Virus record (IMG/VR): IMGVR_UViG_3300037722_000727 | Span: 1 to 42,178 of that record | Direction: 5' to 3' (one strand) | DNA length: 42,178 nt | From: a virus | Lineage: Duplodnaviria > Caudoviricetes | Part shown: positions 1-9,427 of the stretch, in pieces | Position numbering within the stretch: position 1 is the stretch's first letter | Layout: each line of letters opens with the position of its first letter | Translations under genes and position numbers: made by a program | Notes under the pieces: generated by a model | What the model saw: only the letters and a program-made list of their open reading frames with translations | What the model was told of the DNA's origin: nothing | Databases searched by the model: none

Positions 1-148
1 CGACAAGGCCTGGGCCGCCTCCGCCAAGGCCGGGGCCGCCTACGTCAAGGCCAGGGCCGCCTCCGCCAAGGCCGGGGCCGCCTACGTCAAGGCCAGGGCC
101 GCCTCCGCCAAGGCCAGGGCCGCCTACGACAAGGCCTGGGCCGCCGCC
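1..148 (+). repeat. 21-bp coding tandem repeat, left end
   Basis: About 7 units of gccgcct(a/c)cg(a/c/t)caaggcc(a/t/g)gg. Confidence 0.95.
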
Positions 149-223
149 CAGCCCGCCCTCGAAGCCCTTCACGCCACCGAACGCCGCGACTGCCCCTGGG
201 ACGGTCGGACCATCTTCCCATGA
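1..223 (+). CDS. 3' part of heptad-repeat protein (continues from 41714); ends ...LEALHATERRDCPWDGRTIFP
   Basis: Frame 2 is open from base 2 to TGA at 221-223, which overlaps the next ATG (ATGA). Same repeat as at the right end. Confidence 0.85.
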   Translation, partial: DKAWAASAKAGAAYVKARAASAKAGAAYVKARAASAKARAAYDKAWAAAQPALEALHATERRDCPWDGRTIFP

Positions 224-477
224 GCGACGTGACCGTGACCATCCCGGCGGACGAAGCGATGTTCGTTCTGGCCGCCCTCGACCGCCACATCAGCGAGGCG
301 TACCGCGCCGCCCGGAAGATGCGCAACCTCGGGCAGTCCGGGGCCGTGCTGGACATTGCGGAGACCACCGCCGAGCGCTCGGAGCGGGCCCGGCGACGCA
401 TCGCCGACGCGCTCTACCCGCTGGACGCGATCCGCCGCGAGGACGTGGCGGAGGAAGTTGAGTTCGGGCTGGCATGA
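220..477 (+). CDS. hypothetical protein
   Basis: ATGA overlaps at both ends; typical codon usage. Confidence 0.8.
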   Translation: MSDVTVTIPADEAMFVLAALDRHISEAYRAARKMRNLGQSGAVLDIAETTAERSERARRRIADALYPLDAIRREDVAEEVEFGLA

Positions 478-683
478 GCCGCAACCAGCGGTACTGCACC
501 TATTGCGGGCGGCGCATGGTTCCCTACCGCTCCGCTAGCTACCCGCAGTACGTCTGGCTTCGGTGTCCGCGCTATTCCCTGTTCTGGCAACTACTCGGCA
601 CCGGGTTCGAACATGACGTCGTCATCATCGGCGACGCCCAGCCGTCGCCCAGCTTTGACCCGGTAACGGGGGCGCGGTTATGA
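474..683 (+). CDS. small Zn-ribbon protein
   Basis: CTYC...C motif; ATGA coupling. Confidence 0.7.
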   Translation: MSRNQRYCTYCGRRMVPYRSASYPQYVWLRCPRYSLFWQLLGTGFEHDVVIIGDAQPSPSFDPVTGARL

Positions 684-1459
684 CCGCCGAAGCGCTCGCC
701 GTCCACGCCGCCTTCGGCCAGCTCGGGCTGTATCGCACCGCCGACCATCGGTACTTCTGGAACGGCCAAGGTCCGATCGCCTCGGTCACGACGATCCAGA
801 AGATGCTGGACAAGAGCGGGGCGCTGGTGGGTTGGGCGAAGCGCGAGACCGCAGCGTGCGCGGTGCGGAACCTCGAGATGCTGGCCCAGATGAAGGCGAC
901 CGGCGGCGACGCCGCTGCGGTCAACTGGCTCAAGGCCATCCCCGACTACCAGCGTGACACCGCAGCGGACATCGGATCCCGGATCCACGGGCTGGCGGAG
1001 CGACTGGCCCGCGGCGAATCGGTCGAGGTCACCGAACAGGAGCGGCCGTTCGCCGAGTCCTACGCCGCCTGGATCGCCGCCAATGAGCCGGAGTTCCTGT
1101 ACCTCGAGGAGATGGTGGCGAACCTCAGCGTGGGCTACGCCGGGACCTTCGACGCGATCCTGCGAATGAAGGGCAAGACGTGGCTCTGTGACGTCAAAAC
1201 GGGCTCTGGAATCTACGCAGACACGAGCCTCCAGCTCGCAGCCTACGCCCACGCCGAGTGGATCGGCCGCCCCGGCGACGCGACCCGCTACCGCCTCCCG
1301 GAGATCGAGGCCTACGCCGTCATCCACGTCCGGCCCGACGCGCCGGTTGAGTTCGTGCCCTACGCCGTGACGGACGAGTCGTGGCGGGCGTTCCTCGCCT
1401 GCAAGGTGCTCCACGACTGGAACGAGGGCGAGGCCAAGAGGGTGATTAGGAGGGGTTGA
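680..1459 (+). CDS. PD-(D/E)xK exonuclease (RecB/Cas4-like phage exonuclease)
   Basis: Motifs YAGTFD, LCDVKTG, QLAAY. Confidence 0.85.
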   Translation: MTAEALAVHAAFGQLGLYRTADHRYFWNGQGPIASVTTIQKMLDKSGALVGWAKRETAACAVRNLEMLAQMKATGGDAAAVNWLKAIPDYQRDTAADIGSRIHGLAERLARGESVEVTEQERPFAESYAAWIAANEPEFLYLEEMVANLSVGYAGTFDAILRMKGKTWLCDVKTGSGIYADTSLQLAAYAHAEWIGRPGDATRYRLPEIEAYAVIHVRPDAPVEFVPYAVTDESWRAFLACKVLHDWNEGEAKRVIRRG

Positions 1460-2220
1460 TGAGCGACGATCGCCTGGTCCCCATCGCGTCCCTGCGGCTC
1501 CACCCGGACGCTGAGAGGGTGCCGATGCCGGATGCGACGGACCTTCGGACGTTGCGCACATCGTTGCAGGAGAACGGCCAACAGGACCCAGTGGATGCGA
1601 CGGATGCCGGGGTGATCTTGGATGGCCGGACGAGGTGGGTCCTGCTCAAGGAACTCGGGGCTGAGTCCATTCGCGTTCGCCCCGTTGATATCCCCGAAGG
1701 GCAACAGACGGGCTACATCATCGACCGCGCCCTCGCGCGACGCCACCTGACGATGGCCCAGAAGCAGGCCCTCAACGCACTGCTTCGCGCCCAGGTTGTC
1801 GAGGTGCGTGCACCGTCGAAGACGTCGGCTAACCGAGGCATCGGACCGATGCTGATCGGTCACTCGCAGACCGAGCGCGCCGCGAAGCTCGGGGTAGAGC
1901 GACAGACGATTCAGAACTGGGACTCGCTGGTTGACAAAGATTTGGCAACCAGCGAGCCGACCCACGCCATCGATAAGCGCGGGCGCCCGCAGCCGTTGCA
2001 CAAGGCGGTTGCCACAGAACCGAAGGTCAGTCGGGCGCTTCCGCGCCCCACTCCGCTCCGCAAGGCGCGCCCGATCCCGGGGTGGTCGCGCCAGTTTTCG
2101 ATGTGGTGCCGGAGCCACTCGCGTCCCGAGGATCGGGACTTCCTTCGCCGTCTCGACCGCGAGCTCCACGCCGCGCTCGATCGGAATGGCATCAGTTGTG
2201 AAAAGGAGGTTGCATCGTGA
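1456..2220 (+). CDS. ParB/Srx N-terminal domain protein with HTH
   Basis: LRLHP...ILDGRTR ParB motif; SQTERAAKLGVERQTI HTH. Confidence 0.75.
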   Translation: MMSDDRLVPIASLRLHPDAERVPMPDATDLRTLRTSLQENGQQDPVDATDAGVILDGRTRWVLLKELGAESIRVRPVDIPEGQQTGYIIDRALARRHLTMAQKQALNALLRAQVVEVRAPSKTSANRGIGPMLIGHSQTERAAKLGVERQTIQNWDSLVDKDLATSEPTHAIDKRGRPQPLHKAVATEPKVSRALPRPTPLRKARPIPGWSRQFSMWCRSHSRPEDRDFLRRLDRELHAALDRNGISCEKEVAS

Positions 2221-3176
2221 CCACGACAGCGCTCGTTCCGGAGAAGAAGGCACCGACCAACGGCACCGAAGGCAAGCTCAAGACCGAGCTGCACTTCGGC
2301 GTGCCGGTGCTGCCTCTGCACGTCGGCGACGCGATCCCGACGCCCCGTGCGCCTACCCGCTACGCAGTTCGCGTCTACCCAGACCTCGCGCGCTACCTGC
2401 TGACGTTCAACCATCCGCAGAACCGAACGCCCAAGCCGAGCATGATCGTCAGGTACGCACGCGACATGGCAAACGGCTATTGGGCGTTCACCCCCGAGTC
2501 GCTCGTGTTCAGCACCACGCCCATGCTCGAAGACGGACAGAACCGGCTCCGTGCGGTGGAGGAATCCGGCGTCTCCGTCTGGATCATGTGTGACTTCGGC
2601 TGGCCGGTGGATCTCATCGAGCGCATCAATCGCGGGTCCGCGCGGACAAACGCCGATGCCCTGAGCGTCAATGGCTACAGGTCCGCCAACATCGCCGCCG
2701 CGGCGGTCGTCGTGATCCAGAAGTACCTCGCGACTGAGGGCACCCCGCTGCGCTGGACGCAGCAGTTGCTCACGGCGTCGGAGGCTTTGGAGGAATACCG
2801 GAAGGACCCGACCGGCTGGGACGAGGCGGGCCAGTGGGGATCACGTCTGTACGCCGCGACCGCCGGCCTGGGGCCGACCACATGGGCGACTGCGTTCTAT
2901 CTCGTGGCAGGCCGACGTGGCATCGCCGTGGCCTCTGACTTCTTCCAGCAGGTCATTGACGAGACCGGGGAACCGGGCTCCGCGCCCCGACGACTCAAGA
3001 GCCACTACATCCGCCGCAAGCTCACCGATACGGCGTCCGGCGACCGACGGGAGCCGTTGGAGAACATCATCCGCGCCTTCAACGCTTGGTCGGCCGGGAA
3101 GCCCGTTGGCTTCGTCCGCACTGGCGGTGCCTTTGTGCTGTCGTCGGTACGCAAGGCCGACAAGAAGACGTCATGA
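2217..3176 (+). CDS. ParB-like (DGQHR-type) domain protein
   Basis: QNR...YARDMANGYW...LEDGQNRLRAV. Confidence 0.75.
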   Translation: MTTTALVPEKKAPTNGTEGKLKTELHFGVPVLPLHVGDAIPTPRAPTRYAVRVYPDLARYLLTFNHPQNRTPKPSMIVRYARDMANGYWAFTPESLVFSTTPMLEDGQNRLRAVEESGVSVWIMCDFGWPVDLIERINRGSARTNADALSVNGYRSANIAAAAVVVIQKYLATEGTPLRWTQQLLTASEALEEYRKDPTGWDEAGQWGSRLYAATAGLGPTTWATAFYLVAGRRGIAVASDFFQQVIDETGEPGSAPRRLKSHYIRRKLTDTASGDRREPLENIIRAFNAWSAGKPVGFVRTGGAFVLSSVRKADKKTS

Positions 3177-3412
3177 GCCGGATCACGATCACCGTCAGTA
3201 TCGACGTGCCCGAGGGCGCAGCGGTCGCCGTCAGCAACGGCGAAGAGCTCGCCACGCTGCCGCCGGTCCGCGTCGTGGCGGACGCGCCGGTCTGCCCGAT
3301 CCACCACAAGCCACTCCAGAACAAGGGCCGCGGCTACTTCTGCTCCGCGAAGGCCGCCCCCGGCGAGCCTGCGAACGACCGTGGGTACTGTACTTGGGCA
3401 CCTTCGAAGTGA
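3173..3412 (+). CDS. Zn-finger hypothetical protein
   Basis: CPIH...YFC...YC; ATGA overlap. Confidence 0.7.
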   Translation: MSRITITVSIDVPEGAAVAVSNGEELATLPPVRVVADAPVCPIHHKPLQNKGRGYFCSAKAAPGEPANDRGYCTWAPSK

Positions 3413-3648
3413 CCTTCCGAGAGTCGCGTCCGCCGGATCCTCCCCCCGGCGGACGTCGACACACCGACGGCCCGTGTCATCTCTGCAGCAAGCCGCAGAT
3501 CGTCCGCTTCGTGACCGGCGACGATCGCTGGATCGGGTTCTGTTGCGTCGCGGCGGCGCTGGCCGAAGCCAATCCCGTCAACCGCCTCCACGACCTGATG
3601 GGCTGCTACGGCTCGCCGTGCTCGGACTGCGGGCGGGTGCGGTTGTGA
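3409..3648 (+). CDS. Cys-rich hypothetical protein
   Basis: GTGA overlaps; CHLC, CC, CSDC. Confidence 0.6.
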   Translation: MTFRESRPPDPPPGGRRHTDGPCHLCSKPQIVRFVTGDDRWIGFCCVAAALAEANPVNRLHDLMGCYGSPCSDCGRVRL

Positions 3649-3785
3649 ACTGGCTGCGGCTCTTGGAGATCATCGAGATGGCTCGTCAACGCACCGGGAA
3701 CACGGTCAAGGTCGATCGCGGTTGGTCGTGGGTCTGCTACTGCGTGGTGTGTCGCGAGCTGCGGAAGATGGAGGCGGCGGGGTGA
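3645..3785 (+). CDS. small CxCxxC protein, paralog A (MNWLRLLEIIEMAR...)
   Basis: Homologous to 9424..9570; GTGA overlaps. Confidence 0.75.
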   Translation: MNWLRLLEIIEMARQRTGNTVKVDRGWSWVCYCVVCRELRKMEAAG

Positions 3786-3985
3786 GCGTTCGCATCATGA
3801 CCGATGGCCGCCGCGCTGGTCATACGGACGCGGAGATCCGGCCGTACCACAAGCCCGAGCCAGCGCCCGAGCCGAACTATTGGCGATGCGTTCACTGCGG
3901 GTCGTGGTGGCACTGGGTAGACAACCCCCACACGTACTTTCGGTTCCGGCGCCACCACCCCGGGACTTTCTGGGAGGCCGACTGA
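3782..3985 (+). CDS. hypothetical protein (CxxC)
   Basis: Coupled start and stop. Confidence 0.6.
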   Translation: MSVRIMTDGRRAGHTDAEIRPYHKPEPAPEPNYWRCVHCGSWWHWVDNPHTYFRFRRHHPGTFWEAD

Positions 3986-4452
3986 TGGGCAAACCAATCA
4001 CCGATCCGTCCTATGTTCGGTTCCATGTCGGTAGGTCATGGGAGGGACATAGGCTCGAAGATGCGTGCGTTTGCGCCAAGGCTCCATGCGGTCTGATTGA
4101 GAACGAAGATCCGGAGTGCGACCAGCACGGGATCGCGGCCAACAAGACGCTGCGCCAGATCCATCGAGCGGACCAGTGTCCGGGCCCCGACGTCCAGCCT
4201 GCCGCGCCTCGTCCGCCGGGATGGTCGCAGTCACGTGCCACCGCTTCCGTTTTCGCCCACGTCCTGACTGAGCGCAACATGCAGCGCGAGCGATACAGCG
4301 CCGACCATGACGCCGCTCTCACTGATGACGAATGGGACGGGCTGATCGAAAGTCGACTCGGCGGGTCGAACAGCGGTTCTCGTTACGTCCGCCTGGTGCA
4401 AGTCGCGGCGCTCGCCGTTGCCGCAGCAGAGCAAGAGGCACCGCGGTGGTGA
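3985..4452 (+). CDS. Cys-rich N-domain fused to a degenerate MazG-like helical domain
   Basis: ERNMQ...DHD...DEW...LVQVAALAVA resembles phage MazG-like proteins. Confidence 0.5.
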   Translation: MGKPITDPSYVRFHVGRSWEGHRLEDACVCAKAPCGLIENEDPECDQHGIAANKTLRQIHRADQCPGPDVQPAAPRPPGWSQSRATASVFAHVLTERNMQRERYSADHDAALTDDEWDGLIESRLGGSNSGSRYVRLVQVAALAVAAAEQEAPRW

Positions 4453-4727
4453 GGGTCGCCGTGACTGTCATTGGAACGAACCTCGTCATGGACTATGGGA
4501 CGCACGAGGCAGCGATCGCCGCGATGGAGTCGATGCAGAACGAACCCCCCGTAGCGTGGACAACAACGCGCGAGTTGTATATCGAGAAGGGCCCGGTCGT
4601 CATCGCGCAGACCCGGACCGACCCCGGAGATATTGGCGAACCACGCATCGTCCAGTTCGATGGCGTGACCCACGTTTGCGTGCCGGACTTTGACCGATGG
4701 CCGGTGGAGCCGGTCACCGACCGATGA
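4449..4727 (+). CDS. hypothetical protein
   Basis: GTGA/ATGA overlaps. Confidence 0.6.
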   Translation: MRVAVTVIGTNLVMDYGTHEAAIAAMESMQNEPPVAWTTTRELYIEKGPVVIAQTRTDPGDIGEPRIVQFDGVTHVCVPDFDRWPVEPVTDR

Positions 4728-5110
4728 CGAAGCCCCTCGGCGGCCGCTACCGCGGCGTCCGCTACCGCGACGACACGGGCTTCGAGATGCGTTGCGACTC
4801 GTGTCCCAACAGCCCGCTGTACTGGCCTTTGACGACCGAGTTCTGGGACACCCGGGCCGGGTTCAGCCGGTGCCGCGCCTGTTGGCTGGTCCACTGGCGG
4901 CGACGCGCGGAGGCCCTGCGGCGGGCCGATCCGGAGCAAGTTCGGGCGCGAGAACGGCGCAACTATCGACGGAATCGGCGCGTGATTCTCATCAAACGGC
5001 GCGAGTATTACGCCCGAAACCGCGAGGAAATCCTCGTGAAACGGCGTGAGTATTACCGCGAAAACCGCGACCGAATCCTCGAGATGCAGCGGCAGAGGAA
5101 GGCGGCATGA
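4724..5110 (+). CDS. Zn-finger protein with basic REYYxxNR helical repeats
   Basis: CDSC...CRAC; 45-bp-period duplication at 4994 and 5039. Confidence 0.7.
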   Translation: MTKPLGGRYRGVRYRDDTGFEMRCDSCPNSPLYWPLTTEFWDTRAGFSRCRACWLVHWRRRAEALRRADPEQVRARERRNYRRNRRVILIKRREYYARNREEILVKRREYYRENRDRILEMQRQRKAA

Positions 5111-5283
5111 TGTTGGCCGTCGATATCGCCCGCGTCGTCCTCGAGAAACGAACCACGGTGAAGCCCTGCGTCTGCGGCGGCCTGATCCGGGCCGACCTCC
5201 GCGAGCCCGCTGCGGGCGTCTCGGCCCACAACCGGACGAAGCGGCATCTGGCGTGGCGCTGGGCCAACGAGGAGCGGGTATGA
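5107..5283 (+). CDS. 58-aa hypothetical protein (CxC...H...H), not in ORF track
   Basis: Hand-translated; ATGA overlaps on both sides. Confidence 0.65.
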   Translation: MMLAVDIARVVLEKRTTVKPCVCGGLIRADLREPAAGVSAHNRTKRHLAWRWANEERV

Positions 5284-5537
5284 GCCGACCCATTCAGCAC
5301 CTCCTGGGTCCGGTCCCCTGCCTCGGCTGCCGCCGTCCGGTGTCGTGGTTCCGGGTCGATGGGATGTACCGGCTGTGGACCCCTTCCGGGGTGGCGCACC
5401 GCTGCAAGGCGAAGTACATCTGCGGCGCCACGATGCAGGGCGGCGAGTTCTGCGGACGGCAGCGAGGCCACCGCTACGGCCACCGGACCCGCTACGCCCT
5501 CGACAACAACGCTCGCTCCAAGAGGGCTGCGGCGTGA
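5280..5537 (+). CDS. Cys/His-rich hypothetical protein
   Basis: CLGC, HRC, ICG..FC..GH. Confidence 0.6.
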   Translation: MSRPIQHLLGPVPCLGCRRPVSWFRVDGMYRLWTPSGVAHRCKAKYICGATMQGGEFCGRQRGHRYGHRTRYALDNNARSKRAAA

Positions 5538-6343
5538 GCGACGACCAGGGCTCCTACGCTCGCATCTACATCACCGTCCGCGACGATGCCAAGTTCGTCG
5601 ACGTGTATCCCGACGACCACCATTGGGCTACCTACACCCGGCTCCTGATGATCGCCGAGGATGCCTGGCCGGCGTCGGGCCACCTGCCCTACGGCGTCAA
5701 CCGGCGCTCGCTGGACAGGCTGGCGAACAACGGCGTCATCGAGGTCCGGGGCGGGATGTTCAAGGTCGTCGGCCTTGATGCGGAGCGTGCCCGCAGAGCC
5801 CGCGAGTCCCGCAACGGCGGCACCGTCCGGGCCGAGGGTGCGGTCCGTGACGAGAACGGACGGTTTCTCCCGGCTGGCTCACCACCGCTGGCACCAGTGC
5901 TGGATGCCACCGCTGGACCCAGCCCCGTCCACCAGCGTGTCCAGCCAGCCAAGCCTAGCCTAGACGAGCCTAGCCTAGACGAGCAGGACGGAGCGCGCGG
6001 GGCTGGTCCAGCACAGGAAACCACCGACCCGGCCGACGCTTACTGGTCCCTGACCGGCCGCTACCCGGTCGGCAAGCCCCTCGACTGGATCGATGAGTTG
6101 ATCGCCAAGTTCGGCGCCGAGGCCGTGACCCGGCATCTCGTCGCCGCCTACTCCGAGGATCCGAAGACCTCGACCATCCTGGGCCGGACGCAGAACAGGC
6201 TCCGGGCCGAGAACCGTGCCCTCGACCGCAAGGAAGCCGAGGATGAAAAGGCCCGGCTGCGTGAGAAGCGAGCCATTCCGAAGGAACTCCCGGCGTGGGA
6301 GGCCGAGTACCGGGCGGCCATCGAAGCGAGGTACGCGACGTGA
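5534..6343 (+). CDS. phage replication initiator
   Basis: N-terminal winged-helix-like region and a central low-complexity linker carrying direct repeats, as in lambda O-type initiators. Confidence 0.65.
   Translation: MSDDQGSYARIYITVRDDAKFVDVYPDDHHWATYTRLLMIAEDAWPASGHLPYGVNRRSLDRLANNGVIEVRGGMFKVVGLDAERARRARESRNGGTVRAEGAVRDENGRFLPAGSPPLAPVLDATAGPSPVHQRVQPAKPSLDEPSLDEQDGARGAGPAQETTDPADAYWSLTGRYPVGKPLDWIDELIAKFGAEAVTRHLVAAYSEDPKTSTILGRTQNRLRAENRALDRKEAEDEKARLREKRAIPKELPAWEAEYRAAIEARYAT
5870..6012. repeat. putative replication origin (iterons)
   Basis: agcctagcctagacg x2 (5952-5981), ccaccgctgg x2 (5882, 5907), clustered gctgg/ccagc. Confidence 0.55.
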
Positions 6344-6555
6344 GCCGCGACAAGACCTGCTTCCTGTGCAACGAAACGTCCCCGAACGTGACGCCGGGCC
6401 TCGTGGCCTGGATCGAGCCGGTTGGGAAGCAGCTGTTCACCTTCGGGCCGCGCTGCCGCGACGTCGCGGCGTGCCGGGAGCGGGTCGGGGCGGAGTGGGA
6501 CGTTCGTGTGCCGGAGCGAACCACGGCGGAACTGATCGCGGAGGCTCAGCGGTGA
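6340..6555 (+). CDS. Zn-finger hypothetical protein
   Basis: CFLC...CRDVAAC; GTGA overlaps. Confidence 0.65.
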   Translation: MSRDKTCFLCNETSPNVTPGLVAWIEPVGKQLFTFGPRCRDVAACRERVGAEWDVRVPERTTAELIAEAQR

Positions 6556-7100
6556 ACGGCTACCGGACCATCGTCGCGGACCCGCCGTGGACGCCGGTCA
6601 TCGGGGCTGGCAAGTCCGACTACAGCCGAGACAAGGCCCGGCCCCAGAAGCACTACTCGACGATGACCCTCGGGGCGATCACGGCCCTCGCGGTTCCGGC
6701 CGCGGATAGCGCGCACCTGTGGTTGTGGTGCCTATCTCAGCACGTCGATTGGGGCTATTCGGTGGCGCGAGCGTGGGGATTCGAGCCAGCAATCACCTTG
6801 ACATGGTGCAAGTCGGGTCTCGGGGCGGGCCGGTTCCAGTGCAACACCGAGCATGTCCTCCTCTGCCGTCGTGGACCGCGCCAACTGGCCCCGTTTGAAC
6901 GCACGGCCGGAACGTGGTTCCGCTGGCCCCGCGGCGCTCATTCCATGAAGCCGGATGCGTTCTACGAGCTGGTCGAGCGCGTTAGTCCCGGCCCGTACTT
7001 GGAGCTGTTCGCCCGCCGACGACGCTACGGCTGGGACGTGTGGGGGGATGAGGCCCCGGACTTCGCTGCGTCACAGGCCGAGATGGGGCTCGTCGGATGA
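6552..7100 (+). CDS. MT-A70 family adenine methyltransferase
   Basis: IVADPPW, HLWLW, HSMKPD, YLELFAR, GWDVWG. Confidence 0.9.
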   Translation: MNGYRTIVADPPWTPVIGAGKSDYSRDKARPQKHYSTMTLGAITALAVPAADSAHLWLWCLSQHVDWGYSVARAWGFEPAITLTWCKSGLGAGRFQCNTEHVLLCRRGPRQLAPFERTAGTWFRWPRGAHSMKPDAFYELVERVSPGPYLELFARRRRYGWDVWGDEAPDFAASQAEMGLVG

Positions 7101-7624
7101 CCAACCTCAAAGACTACTGGCCGCCCTCGGAGCCGACCGCCGTCGAAACGCCGCGACGTTGTCGGCGCCATGACTGGTTCGCGACGATCGTTGACGCCAA
7201 CGGCGAAGTGATTCACGTCGCCAATCCGGGGCCACTCCCCCATCGCGAGGCGATCGCCTGCCGCCGCTGCCTGACCGTCCGCGACGACGCCAAGGCCCGC
7301 CGCGGTCGCAACAATCGAAAGCGCGGCAACGCCATCGAGCTCGCCGTCGCCAAGGCCGTCGGCGGCAAGAGGACGGGCCAGTACGGCGGCAAGGATGACG
7401 TGCTGGCCGATGCGCTGTTCGCCTACCAGGTCAAGTCGCGCCAGACCGGCGCCTTCCCCGGTTGGATGACGACCGAGCTCGACGTGCTGCGAACGGCGCG
7501 GCAGGACCGCGAACCGGTACTGGTCGTGGCGGAGGCTCCGGGGCCGGGGCGGAAGGCTCGCCGGCTCTACGTCGTGGACGAGAAAACGTGGCTGGCGCTG
7601 CATGGAGGACCCCGGAATGAGTGA
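7097..7624 (+). CDS. Hjc-like Holliday junction resolvase with N-terminal Zn finger
   Basis: KRGNAIE...DDV...QVK PD-(D/E)xK pattern. Confidence 0.7.
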   Translation: MTNLKDYWPPSEPTAVETPRRCRRHDWFATIVDANGEVIHVANPGPLPHREAIACRRCLTVRDDAKARRGRNNRKRGNAIELAVAKAVGGKRTGQYGGKDDVLADALFAYQVKSRQTGAFPGWMTTELDVLRTARQDREPVLVVAEAPGPGRKARRLYVVDEKTWLALHGGPRNE

Positions 7625-7913
7625 CCTCGTAGAGCGAGTGGCGCGCTGGTGGCGAATGCTCGGAGTGCCGCATATCTGTCAGAACTGTGGTGCTCCGCTC
7701 AGCCAACGGCAGAACGACGCGGGCCTCTGGGTCGTCTGCTGTCCCAAGATGTGGGTCTCGTTCAGCGACACCTATCTGGAGCACAACTATGTCGGGCACA
7801 CAGCGGGTCGGGTCTCGGGTCGGCCGGATTGGGGCGATTGCGGGCACGAACACGAGGAGACCTATCCAGTTCGGGGGTACCCCGGAATGACTGACCTCGT
7901 AGAGCGAGTGGCG
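7609..7913 (+). repeat. 35-bp direct repeat pair (7609-7643, 7879-7913)
   Basis: accccggaatga(g/c)tgacctcgtagagcgagtggcg; one mismatch; 270-bp period. Confidence 0.9.
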
Positions 7914-8387
7914 GAAGCCGTCGCCACAACGATTCACGTTGATGGAGCGCACGGTTTCCCGGCGGGCTATGGCGCACCGGAACTGACAGCCGAACTCCTC
8001 GCAGCCCTCTCCGAAGCGGGCCTCGCCATCGTCCGCGAGCCCGCCCAAGGCAATCGCCTCATCGAAGTCTCGCCCGAGGTCATCGACCAATGGACGAGCC
8101 GCACCGACGACGGTCGCCGGGTCACGGTGGCATGGGGTGAGCCGGATGGTGGTGTCTACACTCCGACGTTCACGGTCCATGAGGATGGGCGGCTCGGGGA
8201 GCTGGACGCAGCGTGGGCTGCGGCGGAGGCGGCGCTGCCAGAGGACACGAGCCTCTACCTCGCCCGAAACAGTGCTGGCAAGTGGGGCGCACAAATCCGG
8301 GGCGCACGTCGCACCGGAGCGGGCGGCCCCACCCCGGCCGCCGCCCTCCGCACCCTCGCCGCGAAGCTGGAGCCGACCGATGACTGA
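7617..8387 (+). CDS. modular hypothetical protein with duplicated N-terminus (second possible start at 7887)
   Basis: MSDLVERVA...MTDLVERVA in frame. Confidence 0.7.
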   Translation: MSDLVERVARWWRMLGVPHICQNCGAPLSQRQNDAGLWVVCCPKMWVSFSDTYLEHNYVGHTAGRVSGRPDWGDCGHEHEETYPVRGYPGMTDLVERVAEAVATTIHVDGAHGFPAGYGAPELTAELLAALSEAGLAIVREPAQGNRLIEVSPEVIDQWTSRTDDGRRVTVAWGEPDGGVYTPTFTVHEDGRLGELDAAWAAAEAALPEDTSLYLARNSAGKWGAQIRGARRTGAGGPTPAAALRTLAAKLEPTDD

Positions 8388-8907
8388 ACCGCTGACGGCC
8401 CTGCTAGACCACGAAGGGACAGACTGCAAGCAGGCTCGCTTCTGGCGGTACGAACACGACCGGGAGGTCATCCGGGCGCACGATTGCAGGAAGGCGTTTG
8501 CTCAGGTTGATGACGAACTCCAAGCACTGAGGGCCTCCCTCGACGCCCGCAACGACGGGCTGCGGGAGAGCATTGATGCGGTTGCTGACGCCCTGAATGC
8601 GTGGGACCAGGGAGAGCCGCCGCGACCCGACACGCACCGCCACTGGTCGCGCATCGTCGCCGCCCTCTCCCCGACCCGCACCGGGCCGGCGAAGCCAGAG
8701 TACGGCGGCGCGCTGTACCGCTTTGCCGCCACCCCCGAGCCTGCGGGGCTGACTCCCGCGTCCGCAGAGGCGGGGGGCTTGGACGTGGAGCGGCTGGCGC
8801 GCGCGATCACGGTCATGTGGCCCGAAGCGTCGTGGGTCATTCAGGACATCGAGGCCATCGCCGCCGAGTACGTCCGCCTCGACCCCTCAGGAGAGCCGAA
8901 GCCGTGA
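8380..8907 (+). CDS. hypothetical protein
   Basis: GGAG SD; overlapping start. Confidence 0.65.
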   Translation: MTEPLTALLDHEGTDCKQARFWRYEHDREVIRAHDCRKAFAQVDDELQALRASLDARNDGLRESIDAVADALNAWDQGEPPRPDTHRHWSRIVAALSPTRTGPAKPEYGGALYRFAATPEPAGLTPASAEAGGLDVERLARAITVMWPEASWVIQDIEAIAAEYVRLDPSGEPKP

Positions 8908-9020
8908 AGCCCAACCCGCTCTGTGCCAACTGCCGCCACGTCAAGAGCCTCCACTGGCGTCCGAGCTGCAACACGGTCGGCTGCCCGTGCGAACGGTTCG
9001 TGAAGCGAGAGCCGAAGTGA
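8904..9020 (+). CDS. 38-aa Zn-binding microprotein
   Basis: CANCRH...H...C...CPC; GTGA overlaps. Confidence 0.65.
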   Translation: MKPNPLCANCRHVKSLHWRPSCNTVGCPCERFVKREPK

Positions 9021-9427
9021 CCCCGACGACGGAAGCCGGGAAGCGGTTGCTGCCGCGCATCAACGGCGTCATCGATGCCGGTGCACTTGCGACGATCGCG
9101 CTGGGGCCACATATCGAGTACCTGAGTACGCGCATCGAGAAGGTGGGGTTCGAGGCCATTCAGGCTGATCTCACGGTCAGGCTTGGCGAGTGGTTCGAGA
9201 TGGCCGAAGCCGAAGCCGCCGCAGCGGCCCTGCAAGCGGCACGGGAACGGATCGGGAAGGTGCCGACCGTGGACCCGACCGGACCGGATGGTGGCTGGAT
9301 CATCACCGTGGCCGAGTACCGCGCCGCCGTTATCGCCGCCCTGGAGGACCCCGAAGCCCTCCGCGAGCAGGCCGACTACGACGAGGCGAACGCTCGACTG
9401 AACTACGAGCGGACGTGGGACGAATGA
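9017..9427 (+). CDS. hypothetical protein
   Basis: Coupled start and stop. Confidence 0.65.
   Translation: MTPTTEAGKRLLPRINGVIDAGALATIALGPHIEYLSTRIEKVGFEAIQADLTVRLGEWFEMAEAEAAAAALQAARERIGKVPTVDPTGPDGGWIITVAEYRAAVIAALEDPEALREQADYDEANARLNYERTWDE

Noticed and set aside
1-148. DGR-type adenine mutagenesis (each variable position has an A allele)
   Set aside because: No reverse transcriptase or TR/VR pair was seen, the AAG adenines are invariant, and only five recurring alleles exist. Slippage or recombination explains the pattern.
680-1459. cas4 or a CRISPR-Cas locus
   Set aside because: No Fe-S cysteine cluster and no other cas genes; this is an ordinary phage exonuclease.
4994-5070. 45-bp-period duplication as a regulatory repeat
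   Set aside because: Explained by the coding REYYxxNR helical repeat.
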